Source: Candidatus Bathyarchaeia archaeon (GTDB lineage Archaea; Thermoproteota; Bathyarchaeia; TCS64). From it: a DNA stretch of 64,000 nucleotides. Of this stretch, positions 59,813 through 64,000 are shown piece by piece. Under the pieces are notes generated by a model. It did not search any database and was not told the origin of the DNA. It saw nothing but the letters and a program-made list of their open reading frames with translations. Made by a program: the position numbers and the translations under genes. Numbering within the stretch: position 1 is the stretch's first letter; every line of letters starts with the position of its first letter. The stretch spans positions 32,001 to 96,000 of the forward strand of contig JBEKDF010000005.1 in assembly GCA_050014495.1 (NCBI GenBank), in the 5' to 3' direction.

Positions 59813-61063
59813 ATGCTCTCCAGAACAGTAATAAAAGCGAGAAGATTAATCGACGGAGTTGGCGAAGAATCAATCGAAGATCCGATTCTTGTTGTTGAAG
59901 GCGGCCTCATCAGGGAGGTTCATACGAGAGGAGAGGAGCCCCAAATCCGAAGCGACGACGAGGTAATTCTCTTAGGTGATTGCACCATTTTGCCGGGTTT
60001 AATCGACTCCCACATACATATGACGCTAGGAACTTCGGAGAACTACTATGAGGTTGTGAGAGAGTCGGATGGAATACACCTCGCCGCCGGCATCACAAAC
60101 TGTAGATCCGCCTTAAGATCCGGCATAACAAGCATCGTCGATGCAGGGTCAAGGAACCTGGTAGCACACGACCTAAGAGAGGCTGAGAAGAGAGGCATAA
60201 TCGAGGCCCCCAATCTAATCATAGCTGGTCGACCACTCACCATAACTGGGGGCCACTTTTGGTTCTGCAACGATAACGAAGCCGATGGAATAGAACAGGT
60301 GCTTAGGAGAGTACGTCAATTCGTCAAAGAGGGTATTGATATTCTCAAGCTAATGGCTTCGGGTGGAGGATCAGCGACACAGGGTTCGATGGGTGGACCC
60401 ACGGCAGCCATGGTAGCATTTAGTAAAGAAGAGTTGGAAACCGCGGTAAAAGAAGCGCATAAATTTGGCAGAATAACCACAGCCCACTGCGAGGCATACG
60501 AATCCGTTTACAACGCGGCTTCCGCTGGAGTCGATGTGTTGGCCCACTGCGGCTTCATCAGGCCTGATGGAGAGAGATCATTCGACGATGAAGCTGTCAA
60601 ACTCATGGCTGAGAAGAAGCTGTTCTACAACCCCACACTCCAAACAGGGTCGGCGAGGTACGATGAGCTTAAAACGAGGAATAAGATGGGAAGCCTCTCC
60701 CCTAAGGAAAAAGAGGCTCTAGAGGTACTAGAATACAAGTTCAATAGAAAATACGAGAACCTCAGAAAAATGCTCGCATATGGAGTAGAAATAGTCGCTG
60801 GTTCCGATTCCACTGGCCTCGGCAAATCCACTAGATTACTCAGGACACTGGAAATGATGCATGAATCCGGCATGTCCCCGATCCAGGTTATTAAATCGGC
60901 GACCTCTAATGCAGCAAAGGCACTTAAAATTGAAAATAAGGTTGGCTCAATACACGAAGGGTTGAGAGCAGACCTAATTGTGGTGGAGGGAGATCCAGCA
61001 AAGGAGATCAGTGACCTAAAAAAGACCAAGTTGGTTATGAAATCGGGAAGAATCGTGAAATAG
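59813..61063 (+). CDS. Metal-dependent amidohydrolase
   Basis: LPGLIDSHIH, TGGH, K.MASGG, AH, H, AGSD, G..ADL.VV.GDP. Confidence 0.92.
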   Translation: MLSRTVIKARRLIDGVGEESIEDPILVVEGGLIREVHTRGEEPQIRSDDEVILLGDCTILPGLIDSHIHMTLGTSENYYEVVRESDGIHLAAGITNCRSALRSGITSIVDAGSRNLVAHDLREAEKRGIIEAPNLIIAGRPLTITGGHFWFCNDNEADGIEQVLRRVRQFVKEGIDILKLMASGGGSATQGSMGGPTAAMVAFSKEELETAVKEAHKFGRITTAHCEAYESVYNAASAGVDVLAHCGFIRPDGERSFDDEAVKLMAEKKLFYNPTLQTGSARYDELKTRNKMGSLSPKEKEALEVLEYKFNRKYENLRKMLAYGVEIVAGSDSTGLGKSTRLLRTLEMMHESGMSPIQVIKSATSNAAKALKIENKVGSIHEGLRADLIVVEGDPAKEISDLKKTKLVMKSGRIVK

Positions 61064-61121
61064 TTCCTCTCCTCCCCCGTTAAAGTAAATATTCATTAAT
61101 TTGTATTAATTTCAAATAATC

Positions 61122-61505
61122 ATGAGATCATACATTAAAATAATGGGTCCACCGTTGGGGAAAGCACTCAAAGAATTAGAAAAAATTGCGATAGACATGC
61201 CGCAAGTCTGCATAATGGATGAAGCCATCATGCATGGTATTCCCAAAGAACTGAGCGAAGATGTCGGTGAGTCGGTTAAGTACTCAGAGCACGTAGGAAA
61301 CTTATTCGCTGAAAGAACAGGGGTCGTCGTCGAAACCGAGAGATGTAGTAAAATAATTAGCAAATCCGACAGAGTCCTTGGAGAATATGACTTTTTTTTT
61401 GAATGGTTCAAGAAACCAAGAATAAACGATCTGAATGACCTCATCCAAAAAGTCGACGACATCCTTGCCCCGCTCGGAGTCCACTACACGATTACTACAA
61501 AATGA
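61122..61505 (+). CDS. Hypothetical protein
   Basis: 127-aa ORF with AT-rich promoter-like upstream region. Confidence 0.6.
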   Translation: MRSYIKIMGPPLGKALKELEKIAIDMPQVCIMDEAIMHGIPKELSEDVGESVKYSEHVGNLFAERTGVVVETERCSKIISKSDRVLGEYDFFFEWFKKPRINDLNDLIQKVDDILAPLGVHYTITTK

Positions 61506-61576
61506 AGACTCAACAATCACACATCTTCGAGCAAGTGAAAAACTGCTCAATAACAGTGGATCTATTAAACCCCTCA

Positions 61577-61898
61577 TTACTTCTTGGGGATGGCTTCAAC
61601 AATTTTCTCAATCACAGATTCCCTGAAACGAGGACGACTCTCACTATTACCATTCTCATTACCCTGCCGAACCACAACAAGATCTAGGCTCGGAATAACG
61701 TAGCAATCATTCGCGTTATTACCCTGAATCATAGAAGCGTCATTCGGCACGTTCCTCAGATTATCAAGGATCCAATAGGCGTAGCCATAGTTACTGGGGA
61801 ATTCACCATTATCTCTCACAAATCTATTAGTTGCCTTTTCAACCAGGTCTTCGGGATAAGCTGTCGCTCCCCCCATCGACCATTATTCAGCCACAGAT
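61577..61898 (-). pseudogene. C-terminal remnant of a beta-lactamase-family serine hydrolase
   Basis: LWLNNGRWGERQLIP in one frame, then VEKAT...YGYAYW...G.....YVIPSLDLVVVR in another; N-terminal part absent. Confidence 0.7.
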
Positions 61899-61941
61899 GC
61901 GCGCACTGAGCGACGACTAAAGAGCTGTGCCTCTTTATGTT

Positions 61942-62982
61942 TTAGTATTGGAGGTTCATATTAAACAAGTTCCGAAGTGGTAATCCTTTCAAATATAGAC
62001 TTAGATTTTCGCAGAAAAGTTTCACCAGTTCAACGTTCTCGCTGTCCACATTGCTGGCTGAGTGGGGGCTCAAAAGAACCTGGGGCAATTCCCATAGGGG
62101 GCTATCGTGGGGGAGGGGTTCCGTCGTTTGGACATCGAGGGCAGCTCCTAAGAGTTTGCCCGAATTCAGAGCTCTAATTAGAGCCGCCTCGTCCACTATG
62201 GCTCCCCTAGCAATGTTGATCAATACGGCGCTTGATTTCATGGCAGCTAGCTCTTCTTCTCTTATCAGACCCGTCGTCTCTAATGTTTGAGGGATGCAAA
62301 GTACTACGAAGTCGGCCTGACTGAGCATGGGCTTGAGGTCTGTCCATGGATATAGGCGTTCAACTCCCAAGGAGGCTGAGTTAACCCCCTCAGTATTGCG
62401 TTTTGTTCCAATTACATGCATGCCAAAGCAATTTGCAAGCTTAGCTACCTCTTGGCCTATTTTTCCCAAGCTGATAATAGCAACTGTCTTCCCCTTTAAT
62501 GTGGTTCCAGCATATCTCCCCCAGTGCCTGCTCCCTTTCTCCTTGATCATACGTGGAGCATCCTTCACGAACCAGAGCATGGCCATGATGGAGAACTCTG
62601 CCAAGGGTGTAGCATGTATTCCACTAGCGGTCGTAATAGGAATATTCAGATCGGAGAAGCCTTTTAGCTTGACCCATTGGCCAACTCCGGCACTAGGAGA
62701 TTGCACCCATTTAAGGCAGGGCGCAGTTTTGAAAAGCTCTTTCACATCCGTGTGTAACACGTATCCGAATAGAACTTCGGTCTGGGACAGCAATTCTAGC
62801 CAGCGTTTCTTTTGTGTAGGAGAATGTTGAATTTGGGTCCCATGCTGATCGCAAAGATATCTAGGCCTACCAAGGAGATCCGGTTCATACAATACTTCAA
62901 TACGAGGATCCACTTCCTCTATTTTTTTGATCAAATTCGTTTCTATAGTAAAAGTGATCAGAACCTTTACCTTCTCTGACAT
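61942..62982 (-). CDS. D-2-hydroxyacid dehydrogenase
   Basis: SAGV, LGKIG, P.T.ET, NIARG.IVDE, LDV...EPL, SPH. Confidence 0.92.
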   Translation of the reverse strand: MSEKVKVLITFTIETNLIKKIEEVDPRIEVLYEPDLLGRPRYLCDQHGTQIQHSPTQKKRWLELLSQTEVLFGYVLHTDVKELFKTAPCLKWVQSPSAGVGQWVKLKGFSDLNIPITTASGIHATPLAEFSIMAMLWFVKDAPRMIKEKGSRHWGRYAGTTLKGKTVAIISLGKIGQEVAKLANCFGMHVIGTKRNTEGVNSASLGVERLYPWTDLKPMLSQADFVVLCIPQTLETTGLIREEELAAMKSSAVLINIARGAIVDEAALIRALNSGKLLGAALDVQTTEPLPHDSPLWELPQVLLSPHSASNVDSENVELVKLFCENLSLYLKGLPLRNLFNMNLQY

Positions 62983-63137
62983 TACTTAAACACTAATAGA
63001 ATTGAGAATAAAACTCTTCTCGAGCGCGTTTCCAGTAGGGCGTGCATACCCTGTAGATATTTTCTCAACATACTATCGATTTGTCGAGTGAGCAGAGGGG
63101 GCCTCTGCGTTGTGTGAGGGATAAGATTATGGTGGAT

Positions 63138-63896
63138 CTATTTCTTAAAGTATAGAACCTTCATCCCAATATCGCCGATCGTGTCCTTCAGCATGGTATC
63201 ATAGTAGACCTTCTCGGGTAGATCATAGGACACGTAGACCGCCTTTGTGAGCTTATCCCTCCAGTTAGCAACAGCAGCCTCCCAGCCATTAGCCCTCAGG
63301 TAATCAGCGAGCTGTATGGGGCGAATCTCTGACCGGTGATACCATGCGCGTTTTGGAGGGCTAGGAAACTCTAGGCCTCTGAGAAGTTCCCAACCATCTC
63401 ATCGTCGCTAGCAAACTTTAACCTCAACTCCTCAGATAACTTGGTCTCGTCACTCAGTGTGAGTCTGCTTGGTTTAAGCCTCTTACCCTCAAGGGCGCTC
63501 ACACTGAGTGAATTCACTGCGACATTGTACTGGTAGAGCTCCATCGCCAGGCACTGGGTTAAGCCCTCTAACCCATACTTTGATGGGCAATACGCTATCT
63601 CAGCGACGAAGCCTGTCGTCGCAGACCCAGAGGAGATGTTTACGATGCTACCCTTGCCCTGCTTCTTCATCATGGGCAGAAACAACTTAACACAAATGGT
63701 GCACGAAGGTTGATCGAGATCGACCTATCCCACTCCTCGATAGTGCGCGCGCGAATCCTTCAAAGCCTTCAACTCCGCCAGGGAACGAGACGCGGCTACG
63801 ACGTCGGCACTCTCAGAAGCAAGTCCCATAGACAAATACTTACCATAACCACGTCCAGCACCCATCACATGGACCACTCTGCCAAAGTCTACCCAT
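63138..63896 (-). pseudogene. Decayed paralogue of the SDR at 57754-58677
   Basis: Collinear similarity from promoter to stop; TGG>TAG at 63371-63373, frameshifts and a ~169-nt internal deletion. Confidence 0.9.
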
Positions 63897-64000
63897 TAAA
63901 GCCACGACACTCTAAAATGTCACCAGCTTTTAAAATGATTACTGAAAAAAAATATGAGTCACTCGCGCATGGGCATTGCTGTTGAAACCGAGAGGTGTAA

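Noticed and set aside
63371..63373. In-frame TAG as pyrrolysine readthrough
   Set aside because: It aligns to Trp (TGG) in the intact paralogue, and the copy also has frameshifts and a deletion.
1..64000. CRISPR array or cas genes; rRNA
   Set aside because: No regularly spaced direct repeats, Cas motifs or rRNA-like sequence seen.

Overview
Archaeal chromosomal window. The crenarchaeal-type PolB1, short XPF, TFB, ABCE1, A/V-type ATPase and xylose isomerase pathway suggest a TACK lineage, most plausibly Bathyarchaeia (inference). Bases 1 to ~47 kb are mostly housekeeping. They carry the end of an antiporter-like subunit, an ATP synthase split into two loci (F-H-E-A-B-D-C and I-K), asnS, polB, tRNA-Arg(CCG)-argS, a class II RNR cluster, pur genes and xylose genes. 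From ~47.4 kb the region is accessory: GH1, an IS element, a tyrosine integrase, catabolic genes and several truncated genes. Three observations stand out. (1) Alternating GC tracts ((GC)n/GCAC) sit at deletion and truncation breakpoints and flank the IS, which points to an undescribed junction-forming mechanism. (2) A compact switch-like RNA leader lies upstream of a QueT-family transporter and is a candidate archaeal preQ0/preQ1-type riboswitch. (3) PurF lacks its glutaminase residues, and a kinase/nucleotide N-glycosidase fusion sits next to RNR. All product calls come from motif recognition only; no searches were run.
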